Assembly: GCF_006345805.1 (NCBI RefSeq)
Contig: NC_043000.1
Coordinates: forward strand, 99,262,001-99,326,000
Length of the DNA stretch: 64,000 nucleotides
Reading direction: 5' to 3'
Origin: Octopus sinensis
Lineage: Eukaryota
Position 1 is the first letter of the stretch. Every line of letters starts with the position of its first letter. Positions 14,301 through 27,162 of the stretch are shown here, piece by piece. The notes under the pieces were generated by a model. The model had not been told where the DNA came from. It did no database searches and worked only from the letters and a program-made list of their open reading frames with translations. Both the position numbers and the translations under genes were made by a program.

Positions 14301-14689
14301 ATTGTAACATAAGCACAAGTTCATAAATTTTAATGGAGGAATATAGTCGACTATAGCTGGTACTTTATTTTCGCCGGAAGGATGAAAAAGATTTGAATGT
14401 AGAATACGTAGAGCCATAACTAAATAACACAAGGTATTTTTACGACGCTGTAATGATGTTGCCAAATCTCAGCCTTTAATGAAATCAGTAATAACGAAAC
14501 TACAAAACTGAAAAAGAAAAAAAAAGCGGTGAATATTATAGAATATAACATAACGAAACAATATATTCCAAAAATAGCACGTGAAACAAGTGAACCCTAG
14601 TTTAAAAAGTAACAGCGATTTTCTGAACAAAACACGATCGTTCCCAACCGCAAAAGATTTTATCAAAAAGTAGGTAAGATTAAAAGAAA

Positions 14690-15170
14690 CAAAAGATAGA
14701 AATCAATGCAACACCAATCGCAAAAGAAGGAGAACTCTGAGGCTAATTATGGACAGCTTAGGACTCAACATTGACAGGATTGTTCAGAACAACGAAAACA
14801 TTGTCTGAACAATTCTCGGGAGCCATAACAACGCAAGAAGTAATCCAGACGACACAAAAAATAAACAACTGGAAGGTACCAGATAATAATAATATGCCAA
14901 ACTTCTGGTTAAAATATTTAACAGGGACATATAAGTCGCTGGCAGAGACGTTAACTGAAATAATATCGCGGAGGGAAAATAAACATCTGGTAAGACAATT
15001 TGCTTCTTCATGAGTAGAAGGGGTAGGACAAAGGCTGATATGGCTGAACAGATCCATTACTGATCAACAAAAGCATAGCTAAAATTCTAGAAGGAAAGGA
15101 CAGCACGTCTACTCCTGACATGGATTGACAACCAGGTTTTTGAAACATTAGCCAAGAAGAGATTTGCGCC
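14690..15170 (+). mobile_element. R4/Dong-like LINE, pre-RT fragment
   Basis: ITTQEVIQTTQKINNWKVPD...NFWLKYLT resembles the I-x-x-x-EV...NWKxPGxDxIxNFWLK motif of RLE-type elements. Confidence 0.55.
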
Positions 15171-16329
15171 AAGCATATGTAGATATATTGGCTTTAAATT
15201 TTGGCACAAAGCCAGCAGTTCCTAGAAAGGGGCAAGTCGGTTACATCGACCCTCAGTGCTCAACTGGTACTTATTTTATCGACCCTGTAAAGATGAAAGG
15301 CAAAGTCAATCTCGGCAAAATTTGAACTCAGAACGTAAAGATGGACGAAATGCTGGTAAGCATTTTGCCAGCGTACTAACGATTCTGCTAGCTCGCCGCT
15401 CTCATATGCAAATATATTAGACATGCTATGAGTAACTGAGAAACAATTCTGTAGATTTACTCAAAATAGGGGATAATAAAACTCACCTTATCTCCATTGG
15501 AAGGTGAACATTTCAAGTGAACTCCCTCTCACCAGATCTTTTCAGTCCGATGTTAAGAACATAAATTTTAACCCAGACTGGACTTAGATATAAATGTTAT
15601 GAGTGGGTAAACTAATATTTTTTTATATGGACTTCACTAATATTGACCACTGCGCATGATGAATAGCTAGAAATACTGTAATGAATAGTGAACGGATATA
15701 CTAATCGGATTAGAAAAATTGGTGAAAAATTAAATTATAACCAATGATATCTTACAAAATAAAGAAATAGAGAATTAGCGTAACCACAAACTTACAAATA
15801 GCCGGGACTCACTAAATTAGACAGATATAACAAAAGAATAGGTTAGGTAAGTATACTACAGATGCATTAGATTAGGACTTGAAATAGAATTAAATATTTT
15901 AAAAAATGTCCTTCCTTTTAGAAAAAATTGAAATATAATTAAGTATTAAAAAATGTCCTTCCTTTTAGGAAAAATTGAAAAAGAATTAAATACAAAAAAA
16001 CTGTGTCTTTCCTTTTTAGAAAGGAAGGTCACTTTAGGTAGTGTTATAAAAGTATCTATATTCTAGTTCTTCCAGTAAAAAAATGTAACTGTAATATTCT
16101 CTATTAACTGTAATATTCTCAGAGAGAAAAATAAGTAAAATAACGACTACATTTAGAATATACCATCGAACAATTGGTATATTCGCATTAGAGAAGGTTG
16201 AGGTCCTTATGCAACCAGACAACTAGTTTATAACATCAACTGTGGAGCTACAAAAATATCTAGTAGAAATAATGGCAAATTAAATCAAATAGGTGAAAAA
16301 ATTCATAAAACAATAATGTTTACATTCTA

Positions 16330-16965
16330 TCTTCTAGGAGACAAAAAACATAGCAAACTCAAATGACCGACGGATGCTATCCAATGCAGCATGAACTTGG
16401 ACGGGCTGATGTACTGTCTTGACCAGTACCGTCTGGCAGGTTTCCGTATAGCTTCCCAGTCCAACAGCAGTGCATGATTCAATGCAGTCCCATCACTCTC
16501 AACTGGCACTCAGCTGCGTAGCAATTGTCTTCGCATGAGCGTTACTCTGAGGCTTGGCCCTTGGATTTGTGAGTTTTATAAATGCTGCTGCGGACCCACT
16601 GAGGATCCTTTCGGTCTTCACCCATTGTCATGCCACTATAGTGCTGGCCGCCTTCCATTCCATGCTGCTCTCAATGGGAACATAAAACCGCAGACGTCCC
16701 TTCCCAGCTCGAGTCAGCAAGGCTGGACAGAGGAGACAGTAAAAGGCCAGACAGCATGACAATTTTTCTGTTCCTGAGTAGTAAGGCTTTCATCTAGGAT
16801 GCGACATGCTGCGGCACTTCCAGCGGCAACCTATTGTATTCGGCTACGCTGTTCGTCAAGACGAGAAGGGCGAAATGTCAAAGTATCGACCGCTCTCTTA
16901 CGGATTAGTGGTCGAGCCTGTGACAGTGGAGACCTCCGGCGTTCCCGAGACGATGAGACACACTG
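16330..16965 (+). mobile_element. CRE-clade (RLE) non-LTR retrotransposon 3' fragment, degenerate
   Basis: LRLG...CCCG..EDPFGLHPLSC..SAGR..HAALN, then RLDRGDSKRPDSMTIF...DATC, and EPVTVETSG. These match recalled CRE-type C-terminal motifs. Confidence 0.65.
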
Positions 16966-17110
16966 ACAAGTCTTTTTATTTGTTGCATCTCTTAAAAAAA
17001 AACAAAAAAAAGTCCCCTTCCCTGTTGACAATTTATATGCGTTGTTGACGCATACATAGAGAGACTGAAATTATGAAGTATATGGTTAGTCAAGATTATT
17101 GATCTCACAT

Positions 17111-17520
17111 AGGCATAGGAGTGGCAGTGTGGTAAGTAGCATGCTTACGAACCACATCGTTCCGGGTTCAATCCAACTGCGTGGCACCTTGGGCAAGTGT
17201 TTTTTACTATAGCCTCGGGCCAACCAATGTCTTGTGAGTGGATTTGGTAGATGGAAACTGAAAGAAGCCCGTCGTATATATTATGTATGTGTTTGTATAT
17301 GTTTGTGTGTCTGTGTTTGTCCCCCAGCATCGCTTGACAACCGATGCTGGTGTGTTTACGTCCTCGTAACTTAGCGGTTCGGAAAAAGAGACCGATAGAA
17401 TAAGTATTATGCTTACAAAGAATAAGTCTTGGAGTCGATTTGCTCGACCAAAGACGGTGCTCCAGCATGGCCACAGTCACATGACTGAAACAAAGAAAAG
17501 AGTAAAAGAGAGAGTAAAGA
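17111..17520 (+). mobile_element. SINE family A copy
   Basis: ggcataggagtggcagtgtggtaag...ggcaccttgggcaagtg...cagcatggccacagtc...aagagtaaaagag. Confidence 0.85.
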
Positions 17521-17971
17521 GAGTATAAATATAGATATGAAACGAGTAGTTTACTAATTTTTCACGCGTGTTTGTTGTGAAGAGAAAGAGAAACTACAAA
17601 AAAAACTGAGAAAAGCCAATCACAAAAATGGAGAAATTGAATGCCATGCTGATGTGATGGTTAGAGACGTATCTGTGTAGCCGATGTCTAAAAGTTCGAA
17701 TAGGACAGAAATAGATGTAAAAAATCGTAACACCGGCTGTAAAGATAAGGACTCAAAAATTGAGGCTGAAGTATTCGTAATTGCAGCATAGAATGAAAAC
17801 CTTTCTACCAGAAACAACCAAAATTATGTAATTAAATAACTGTAGAATATGTGACGTTTGGGAAGGAATAATTCAACGAATTTTCTCTGGATGCTCAGTC
17901 ATTGACAAGAAAAAAGAAAAGCTTTCATACACTGAAAATTATGCCTCCTTTATGAAATACCAACAGATAAG

Positions 17972-18023
<52 letters not shown>

Positions 18024-18267
18024 ATGGATGCGTTGTCTCCAGCCACCGCTTGACAACCGGTGTTTATTTGCTTACGTTCCCGTAATTTAACGGTTCGGCA
18101 AGAAAGACTGATAGAATAAGTACCAAGCCTAAAAAATAAATACTTGATTTCTTCGGCTAAAACCCTTTAGGACCATGCCCTATCATGACTACGGTCCAAA
18201 GACCGAAACAAATAAAGGCTAAAAAATGAAACACACACACACATATACAGAGAGTGAGAGAGAAGAT

Positions 18268-18271
18268 AGTT

Positions 18272-18356
<85 letters not shown>

Positions 18357-18365
18357 GTAGATAGG

Positions 18366-18431
<66 letters not shown>
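18268..18431. repeat. (GATA)n tract on the 3' side of the Tx1 element
   Basis: Directly visible. The matching tract on the other side is at 21361-21425. Confidence 0.97.
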
Positions 18432-18432
<1 letters not shown>

Positions 18433-18590
18433 CTTTTTATTGTGGCCACACAGGGCTAAACACAGAATAAAAATGGACGAAATACAATGTAGAGTTTTTT
18501 TCTTTTCGAGGTGGGATGGGTGGGACATACAAAGAAAAAATGGTTCGATCAATAGGGATCTGTGGGTTGTGTAGAGTATAAAAATATAAT
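18432..18590 (-). mobile_element. Short 3'-end fragment of a related Tx1 subfamily
   Basis: tttattgtggccacacagggct and gatcaatagggatc match the 3' UTR of the adjacent element (tttattggccacacagggct at 18607; gatcaatagggatc at 18886) but are diverged. Confidence 0.75.
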
Positions 18591-18594
18591 ATAG

Positions 18595-21359
18595 ATAGAT
18601 AAGTTTCTTTATTGGCCACACAGGGCTGCACACAGATGGGACATGTTACAAGGTAGAGCTTTTCTTTTGCGGGATGAAGAGAACAAAAAACAAAAGAAAA
18701 AAAAAGGGGGTGGCGTAGGTTTTCGATCAAGAGGGATCGTAAAAGGGAAGAAAAGAACAAAAACAAAAAAAAATTGAATAAAATAAAAAGAATAAAAAGA
18801 AAAAAAGAAGAAAAGGAAAGGAACAAAAGGAAGAGAAATGAAAAAAGAAGAAAAAGGGGAAAAAGGGGAAGAGGAAAAAAAGAACGATCAATAGGGATCG
18901 TGTATCACAGTGTTATGATATATGGTGTAAAGGGGAAAGCAAGTAAGGTTTATCCGTGGGAAGAAAAGCCTACGAAAAAGACCACCTTAACCTTGGTCAA
19001 TATTGTTATATGTTACCACATTTGTTTGCAAGTGGGTAATCCTCTGTTTTCAATTTCTGGGTTCATAGGATTATGCTCAAGGTGGCTTCGTCATTCATAC
19101 GTGCCATCCTTGCTATATTCACCCATCTTTTTTTAAAACATTCGCTAGACAAAACTTGCCTCTCTACTCTCACTTTCCTTTTCAAGTGGTACTTGAAGAA
19201 GTTGATGAGAGATTGACCAGAGAGGAAAGTGTTTGTCTCCAATCCTTTCAGACGCGTCCACCAGATACATTCTTTCGCCATAGCCACAAGGATGATGAAA
19301 ATAGCTCTTCCTTCCCGTTTGAAGGAAGGAGGCGTGACAATATTGACGATAGACTCAGCTGATAAACCGACTAGTCCCACACGTGACAGCAGTTGTTCGA
19401 CATAAGCCCACAGGTCGGAAATTGTTGGACACTGCACGAGTGCGTGCAGAACGGTTTCGTCGCTCTGACCGCATCTCGGGCAGGTCGGCCACGTGTTTCT
19501 CGAGCCGTGTCTGTAGAGCTTATCCCGAACGGGTAGCGCTTCTCGGTAGCACTGCCAGTCCAGGGATCTCTGGAAGTTGTCCATGGGCTCTGGCCCGAAA
19601 GTTGTCCTGAAAAGGCGGGTCAGGTACTCCTCGTCGACGTCCAGGTTCGCCCCGAGCTCGTCGTCGTACCTCCCCTCCACTAATCCCCTATAGAATGCTT
19701 TGGTTGTGTTGAAGTCACTCAAGGTCGACCCGGGACGGCAGAGTTGCTTGAGAGCAACGCGACACTCGCGGTGCCATTCGCCCTTCCTCGGCCTCTTTTT
19801 GATCCACGACTGCAGTTCGGTCATAGAGACGAGCTGCGGGAACGCGTGCCTCACAAACGGCGACCACATCTGTTCACCGTCGTCTACATAGAGCCAGAGA
19901 TGTCGCAGTCTCAGCGCGTGTCTGCGCATCATCAACCACGGCATGCCCAGCCCTCCTTTTAGCGGGTGTTGACAGCAAATGGATCGCCTGACCATCGGGA
20001 CGCATCGTTTCCACAAGAAGCGAAAGAGAATGCGTTGTAGTTTGGTGATGGTAGGGTCGGGACAAGGTACGACGGTCAGGCGGTAGTAGATGACGGACGC
20101 GATGTACGTGTTCACCACCTCCGCCCGACCTTTTAGGGACAGTTTCTCTCGGCCCATTGCCGGGCGAGAGTGACCACCCTACTCGTTATCTCGTTCCAGT
20201 TCTTCTCCACTTGGAGGTCCGGACCAAACCAGACCCCGAGCAACTCAACCGGGCCGTCGGTCCAGCGTCCCACGACGGAGGCGCTGGTGGACGGCATGGG
20301 CTTGCTTCTCCAGGTGCCTAGTCGCAAGCCCACTGACTTTTCCCGGTTGATTTTCGCTCCTGTCACCGCTTCGTAGTTTTTCAGTGTCTCGCCGACCTGC
20401 TCGATGTGCTCGTGGCTAGACACTATGACGGTGACGTCGTCCGCGTATGCAGACACGCTCGTCCCGCATCCCAGTTCTCGCGGGATGCCCCTCAAAGTTG
20501 CCAGCTTCCGCAATAATGGCTCGAGAGTCAATACGTATAGAAGCGACGAGAGGGGGCATCCCTGACGGACCGAACGTACGATGTCGAAGGGTCTCGATAG
20601 ATGTCCATTCACGCGAATTACCGAACGGATGCCTCTGTACAAAGCGGCTATCCAGCTGCGGAAGACGGGACCGAAGCCTGCCGCTCTGAGGACCGCCTCC
20701 AAGTATCGATGGTCTACCCTATCGAAAGCTTTCGATTGATCCAAATTGATCAGCGCCCCACCCATGCCAGGTTCGTTAACTACCCTGTCTATGATGTAGC
20801 GCATCAGGTGGAGGTTGTCATGGATGGTCCGGCCCGGCACGGCGCATGTTTGCGCCCTGTCGACCAGTTTCTCGATGACAAGCGCCAACCTCTTGGCTAG
20901 CACCTTGGCCAAAATGTTCAAGTCTGCATTAAGCAGAGTGATGGGCCTAAAGTTATCTATTACATTTCCCTTGTTTAGATCTTTCTTCAGCAGTGTTACG
21001 GCTCCTCGGCTCACAAAACCGGAATGCTCCCGTTTTGCTGCCAGTTGCAGTACACCGCCGCCAAGAGATCTCCAAACAAGTCTGGCATACAATTGTAAAG
21101 CGCGTAGGGTAGACCATCCAAACCCGGTGATTTGTCCCTCGAGCATTCTGCCATCGCCTCCTGCACTTCCGCCGCCGTGATGGCACCTTCGCAGCACCCT
21201 GCCTTTCTTGTCGAGAGTCGTGGTAGGCTATGTAGGTAGGCACTGAAGTCCACCCTACGTTCTTGCGCTCCATTCGTCCCGAACAGTCGGGCAAAATGCT
21301 GCTGAAAGGCCTCACACATTTTACTTGGCTCGAGCAATTCGCGCTCCTGTTCATCTACG

Positions 21360-21360
<1 letters not shown>
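18595..21360 (-). mobile_element. 5'-truncated Tx1-clade (L1 group) non-LTR retrotransposon
   Basis: ORF2 in three frames with frameshifts near 21015 and 20150. RT motifs NFRPITLLNAD, LDQSKAFDRV, RQGCPLS, YADD; C-terminal CPRC...HALVQC. Stop at 19063, about 470 bp of 3' UTR, then AATAAA just before (TATC)n. Visibly GC-rich relative to the flanks. Confidence 0.92.
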
Positions 21361-21426
<66 letters not shown>

Positions 21427-21829
21427 CCAATTAGCTGCTATCAACGAAAGGTATTTGGCTTTTGTCTGTACGTGTTATGTGACATTTCTTTGAGCAAACT
21501 GGCAGCAGGAATGAACAGTTAAAAAGAAAGGAAATATTCAAATCAGTACTGTATTGTAGTGCAATTAGAATCTTCCTACATTATGCATGCTAATTACATC
21601 TGTTTACGTGTTTAATACAAAAATCCGTTTAATTGTCATTATAGAGATTCATTCGAGAGACTGGTTTAATGATCAGCTTATTAAGCTTACGCCATAACAG
21701 CCCTGGATGCTAAGAAGAAAGTTTGGTAATAATGCCCGTAATATTTGAAATTTGGTTTTATTCTAACACTAATGAGATAATACCGTTACGTTGAAAAACA
21801 TTTATATATAATCCTTTCAACAATAGGCA

Positions 21830-22384
21830 CAAGGTGTGAAATTTGGGGAGAAGGGGGTAAGACGATTATCATCCCCAGGGTTCAACGGGTTCTTATTTTA
21901 TTGACACCGAAAGGATGAAAGGCACAGTCGCTCTCGGTGGAATTTGAACTCAGAACGCAAAGAACCGGAAGAAATACCTATTTCTTTACTACCCCCCAAG
22001 GGGCTAAACACAGAGGGGACGAACAAGGACAGACAAATTGGGGACGATTATATCGACCCCAGTGCGTAACTGGTACTTATTTAATCGACCCCGAAAGTAT
22101 GAAAGGCAAAGTCGACCTCGGCGGAATTTGAACTCAGAACGTAGCGGCAGACGAAATACCTATTTCTTTACTACCCACAAGGGGCTAAACGCAGAGGGGA
22201 CAAACAAGTACCGACAAACGGATTACATCGACCCCAGTGCGTCACTGGTACTTAATTTATCGACGCCGAAAGGATGAAAGATAAAGTCGACCTCGGCGGA
22301 ATTTGAACTCAGAACGAGGCGGCGGACGAAATACCACAAAGCATTTCGCCTGGCGTGCTAACGTTTCTGCCAGCTCTCCGCCTT
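21830..22384 (-). mobile_element. SINE family B, head-to-tail multimer
   Basis: About three units, with junctions gaaatacctatttctttactacc near 21970 and 22152. Confidence 0.85.
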
Positions 22385-23087
22385 AATCCCGAGGATCCTT
22401 AGTGACATGGACCTACCACTAGAAATGCAGATTTTCAAAAATATGCAACTAACTTGTATTCTAGATGTGAAGGTATATGGCCTAGTAACAAAAGCAGTGG
22501 GTTTATGATCTTGCGGTCAGGTTCAGTACATTAACTTGGTGTCGTGTTGTGTCCTTGGGTTAGGTAGTTCAATTCTCGTTGCTTCAGTCTACCTAGCTGA
22601 AAATGAATACCAGCTACGTGCTAGTACATTCCCTCTCTTCCTACAACAGTTACACCCTCGATGGTTTATTGGGTCAAAAGTGGGCGAAGTGTTTGTCTAA
22701 GTCTGCTCGCCACTATATAGGCAACTAAAAAAAATTGCCAAAACATGATAATATGCTACCGAGTCGTATACTACAGGCGAATAACGGTTGTTGGTTATAT
22801 ATTCTAATTATAGAAACGATTATAAGGGCAACATATTTGAATAATTTTATAATTTCAAGCATGGATTATATATATATAATCTTCCCGCCGACTCTCGCTG
22901 TTGGCGTCACCAGAGGGGATTCTGTATTATCGTTAAGGAGCGAAATTGCATTTCACCCTCTGGCCGATAACTGACGAGGATCTGGTGAACTTTTTGTCTG
23001 TTTCCCGTTTGTTTGTGCATTTATTATATGTTTTTTTTAAAAAACTTATATCTAATGGAATGTCACGCACGGTTATTTGTGTTTAGA

Positions 23088-23184
<97 letters not shown>

Positions 23185-23844
23185 GACGTGTGTGGTCGGA
23201 TGATATCGCAGTATCGACCAGACTATCGGATGTTGACATATATATATATATAGCTGTTCACAATGCGCTACGCATAATTGTTTTAGCTTTCGAATGACGC
23301 CATCCCGCTGACTGGGCGAGCAGGCCAACAATTACCCGATCAGAAAGCTATTTCGTCACAGGGTCGCCCATTTAGAACTGAGTGAGCTGGAGTAACGTGA
23401 AGTGAAGTGTTTTGCTTAAGAACACAACGTACCGCCCGGTCGGGGAATCGATCCTATAATCTAGAGATCGTGAGTGCAATACTCTAACCACTTCGCCACG
23501 CGCCTTCACACACACACACACGCGCGCACACACATGCACACACATACACATACGCACACGCATACACACACTTTTATATTGTTTGGGGAAGGAAACAACG
23601 TAATAATGTAGGTTGCTCTGAAGAGCAATGCACAAATTACGATACGGATCATTAAGCAATTACAGTATTTTCCCAAGCACATCAAAACCTATAGAACGAA
23701 TGTTAACAATTTAATGCTATAAAGCTACAGGTTGGCATTATAGTGTTTAAATTCAATTCAGTTTTTCTCTCACTTGGTGTTGTGATTAAAGCATATATTG
23801 TTTTAGTGGTATAATCCAGCTTCAATGTATTAGACGATTTATAA

Positions 23845-24235
23845 ACCTCTTTTATCTCTTTTACTTGTTTCAGTCACTAGGCTGCGGCCACACTGGGGCA
23901 CTGCCTTGAATTTTTAGTCGAATGAATCGATCCCAGTACTTTTTTTTATTCTATCGGTCTCTTTGCCGGACCGCTGTATTCCGGGGACGTAAACACACCA
24001 ACACCGGTTGTCAGGCGGTGGTGGAAGAGAAACACAGACACAAAGACACACACACCACACATACACATATATACGACGGTCTTCTTTCAGTTTCCGTCTA
24101 TCAAATCCACTCACAAAGCTTTGGTCGGCCCGATGATATAGTAGAAGACACTTGTCCAATGTGCCACGCAGTGGGACTGAAGTCGGCACCATGCGGTTCG
24201 GAAGCAAACTTCTTACCACACGACCACGCCGCGCA
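23845..24235 (-). mobile_element. SINE family A copy
   Basis: Reverse complement of the family A body. Confidence 0.8.
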
Positions 24236-25181
24236 CTTGATAACAGTCAGCATATATTATGTCGGACAAAGTAATCATCAAGTGGCTTCGGATAAAGAGA
24301 GTAAACCACTGGTTTACTGAGATGCAAGCTGGGGCTTGGTCGACACCGGCTAGGTCAACTGAACGAGAGGGTCTGGTGTTGAAAGATCCGAAATCCCTGG
24401 GAACCCAAGAAACATCGCTGATGATGCGTCCCAGAGCTTCTAAGACATGTAACTTAAAACTACACTCACACACACACACACACACACCACACACACACAT
24501 CATTTAAAAAAAATCTTTGTGCTTATTTCAGTCATCAGACTGTGGCCAAGCTGGGGCACCACCTCAAATTTTTAGTCGAACGTATCATTTTTAAAAGCCT
24601 GGTACTTATTCTATCGGCGCCTTTTGCCGAACCTCTAAATTATGGAACGTGGGGGACAAATACAGACACAAGGAAGGAGACACACACACGTATTTATACA
24701 TATATACGACGGGCTTCTTTCAGTTTCCGTCTACCAAATCCACTCATAAGGCTTTGGTTAAGACACTTGCCCAATACTAAGAAGCAATTTAAGCTGTATA
24801 TATTTGATAAGTTTAACATACTGTTTTGCATCTATCTTCATTTATTACTGATGCAGTGATCATTAATAAGTGATAACACGGTACGTTCAGTTGTGAACCT
24901 TGTTATGCTTGTCACGAATAGATCTAGGATAACACGGGTTAGCGATCGGTCAACATTTCTGTTTTGACCGCAGAAGTGCCCTTCGGTGACCATCTACAAA
25001 GCGCAGGGTAACTTCACTTTATGTACTATTATTCATTTATCACTGATTCATTCAATATAGTTTTGTTTTAAACCAAATGCCCGTGATAAACGAGGATAGG
25101 TGTATTAAATGCCTACCCTCAACAAATTTATCACTCGGTATTACTAATCAAATTAAATGCTTATATTTGTTTTCTTTCAAG

Positions 25182-25325
25182 CATTCTTCGTCCTGAACTG
25201 TCTCACGCAATTCACCACCCATCGAGTACTGATATTAATTGGTACTGTTTTTACCGTGGCTGCTTTCATCCTAGAATCGGTGAGCCCAACGATCATTCTT
25301 CTCGGTGCTAGCCACAGCCTTCTAG
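25182..25325 (+). CDS. SLC16/MCT-like MFS transporter, internal coding exon (TM3-TM4 region)
   Basis: Acceptor tttctttcaaG|ca and donor ctaG|gtaag, both phase 1. Encodes (A)FFVLNCLTQFTTHRVLILIGTVFTVAAFILESVSPTIILLGASHSLL(G), which is hydrophobic and joins in frame to GIGLGFMYGPSVVIV of the next exon. Confidence 0.8.
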
Positions 25326-25543
25326 GTAAGTACGATACATTTCTCAATAGTATATTGTAATAGAAGGGCTGTATATAGTCGAAATGACAGAACAATGTGT
25401 ATTTTTAGTTACTTTTATGGTTTAGTGAAAGATAAAGATTGGAGCCTACTAGTCTTTCCAAAAGCCCCGTTTTAGGGAGGAAGGGATGCGAAGGATTTCT
25501 TCAGAACCAAGAACTGATCCAATACAGCAATAATGGAATTAGG

Positions 25544-25574
<31 letters not shown>

Positions 25575-25824
25575 TGAGGTATGTATGTATGTATGTATGT
25601 ATGTATGTATGTACGTACGTACGTACGTATGTATGTATGTATGTATGTATGTATGTATGTATGTGTGTATGTATGTATGTACGTATGTATGTAGATCAGT
25701 GCCCCACAACCGGTATGTCACGGGCCATTGGTGTGCCACGAGACGATGCTAGGGTTGCTGCAGTGTAACCTGAATATACTTTTAGTTATTGTTTCAGTTC
25801 AGGTGTGCCGCCAAATTTTGAAAA

Positions 25825-25914
<90 letters not shown>

Positions 25915-26012
25915 GAAATGCACTGATATATATTTATGTATGCATATAATATATATATATATATAATATATATATAATATAATATATAATAATATATATA
26001 TTATATATATAT

Positions 26013-26044
<32 letters not shown>

Positions 26045-26235
26045 ATATATATATACTTTATAATTAGGGTCAGCAAAGATTTGCTTTACCACATATCGAA
26101 GTTTAGAAATAGCAGTCAAAAAACCTTAGTTATTTCTTCTACTTTAAAAAGGGACTCCCAGAAACACCAAATTACTTGAAAACAATCTACGCAGGCAGAG
26201 AGAAAAAATAACGAAAACCAATCCATATCTGGTCA

Positions 26236-26320
26236 CCCATGTACGCGCGTTTCGGAATTAGATCAGTATAAAGAATATAGAATTATACTTTACCCAACCA
26301 TTTTCGTTCATCAGCATGGG
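26236..26320 (-). ncRNA. Minimal type I hammerhead motif with palindromic stem III
   Basis: CCCAUG-CUGAUGA-[degenerate stem II]-GAA-ACGCGCGU-A-CAUGGG. Confidence 0.72.
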
Positions 26321-26793
26321 ACTCCAACAATATTAGATATTAAATATTAAATTCGAAGGCACTGGAAGAATTGAATATATCTCTCCACCTAACGGTATCA
26401 GACAGATCACATTCAGTGTTAGTGCCGCCGAATTCAAAATACGAATGAGGTTCATCACCTTCCCCTGTCCATCAGCGTGTGTCGTCAAGTAAGATACTAC
26501 AGAAAAAAAAACTGTAGTTTGTTATCAGGGAGAAAAAATCCATTATCAATAATAACAAAGGGTAAAATTAATTTATTAAGAAGTAATCAATAATTTCACC
26601 AAGTAGAATTCGGCATGAAAAAAGACCATTTCACGGTAAGCTTACGTAATACTTTATAATTAGGGTTCAGCAAAGAGTTGCTTTACCACATACCGAAGTA
26701 TTACTTAAGCTTACTGTGAAATGGTCTTTTTTCATGCCGAATTCTATTTGGTGAAATGATTGATTACTTCTTAATTAATTAATTTTACCCTTG

Positions 26794-26836
<43 letters not shown>

Positions 26837-27081
26837 AGAGGGAAAATAATAAGGCAGAATGCTAGACTGAAAGTAAATTTTAATAAAAATGGGTGTATGA
26901 AAACTTATAAAAAATTTTTTTTAATTTTAATAGAATTTTTAAGAATTAAAAACAAATTTAATTAAAAAGAAGGTGTATAGAAAATTGAAAAAAATTTTTA
27001 TAAAATGGGTGTATGAAAAATTTCTAAAAATTAAAAAAGGGAGTATGAAAAATTAAAAAAAATTTTTTAATTTGAAAAAAT

Positions 27082-27162
<81 letters not shown>

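Noticed and set aside
21830-22384. CRISPR-like repeat array
   Set aside because: The units are about 190-bp SINE multimers without unique spacers, no cas genes are present, and the context is eukaryotic.
24974-25007. Small AG...GT segment as an upstream MCT exon
   Set aside because: No reading frame resembles SLC16 TM1-2.
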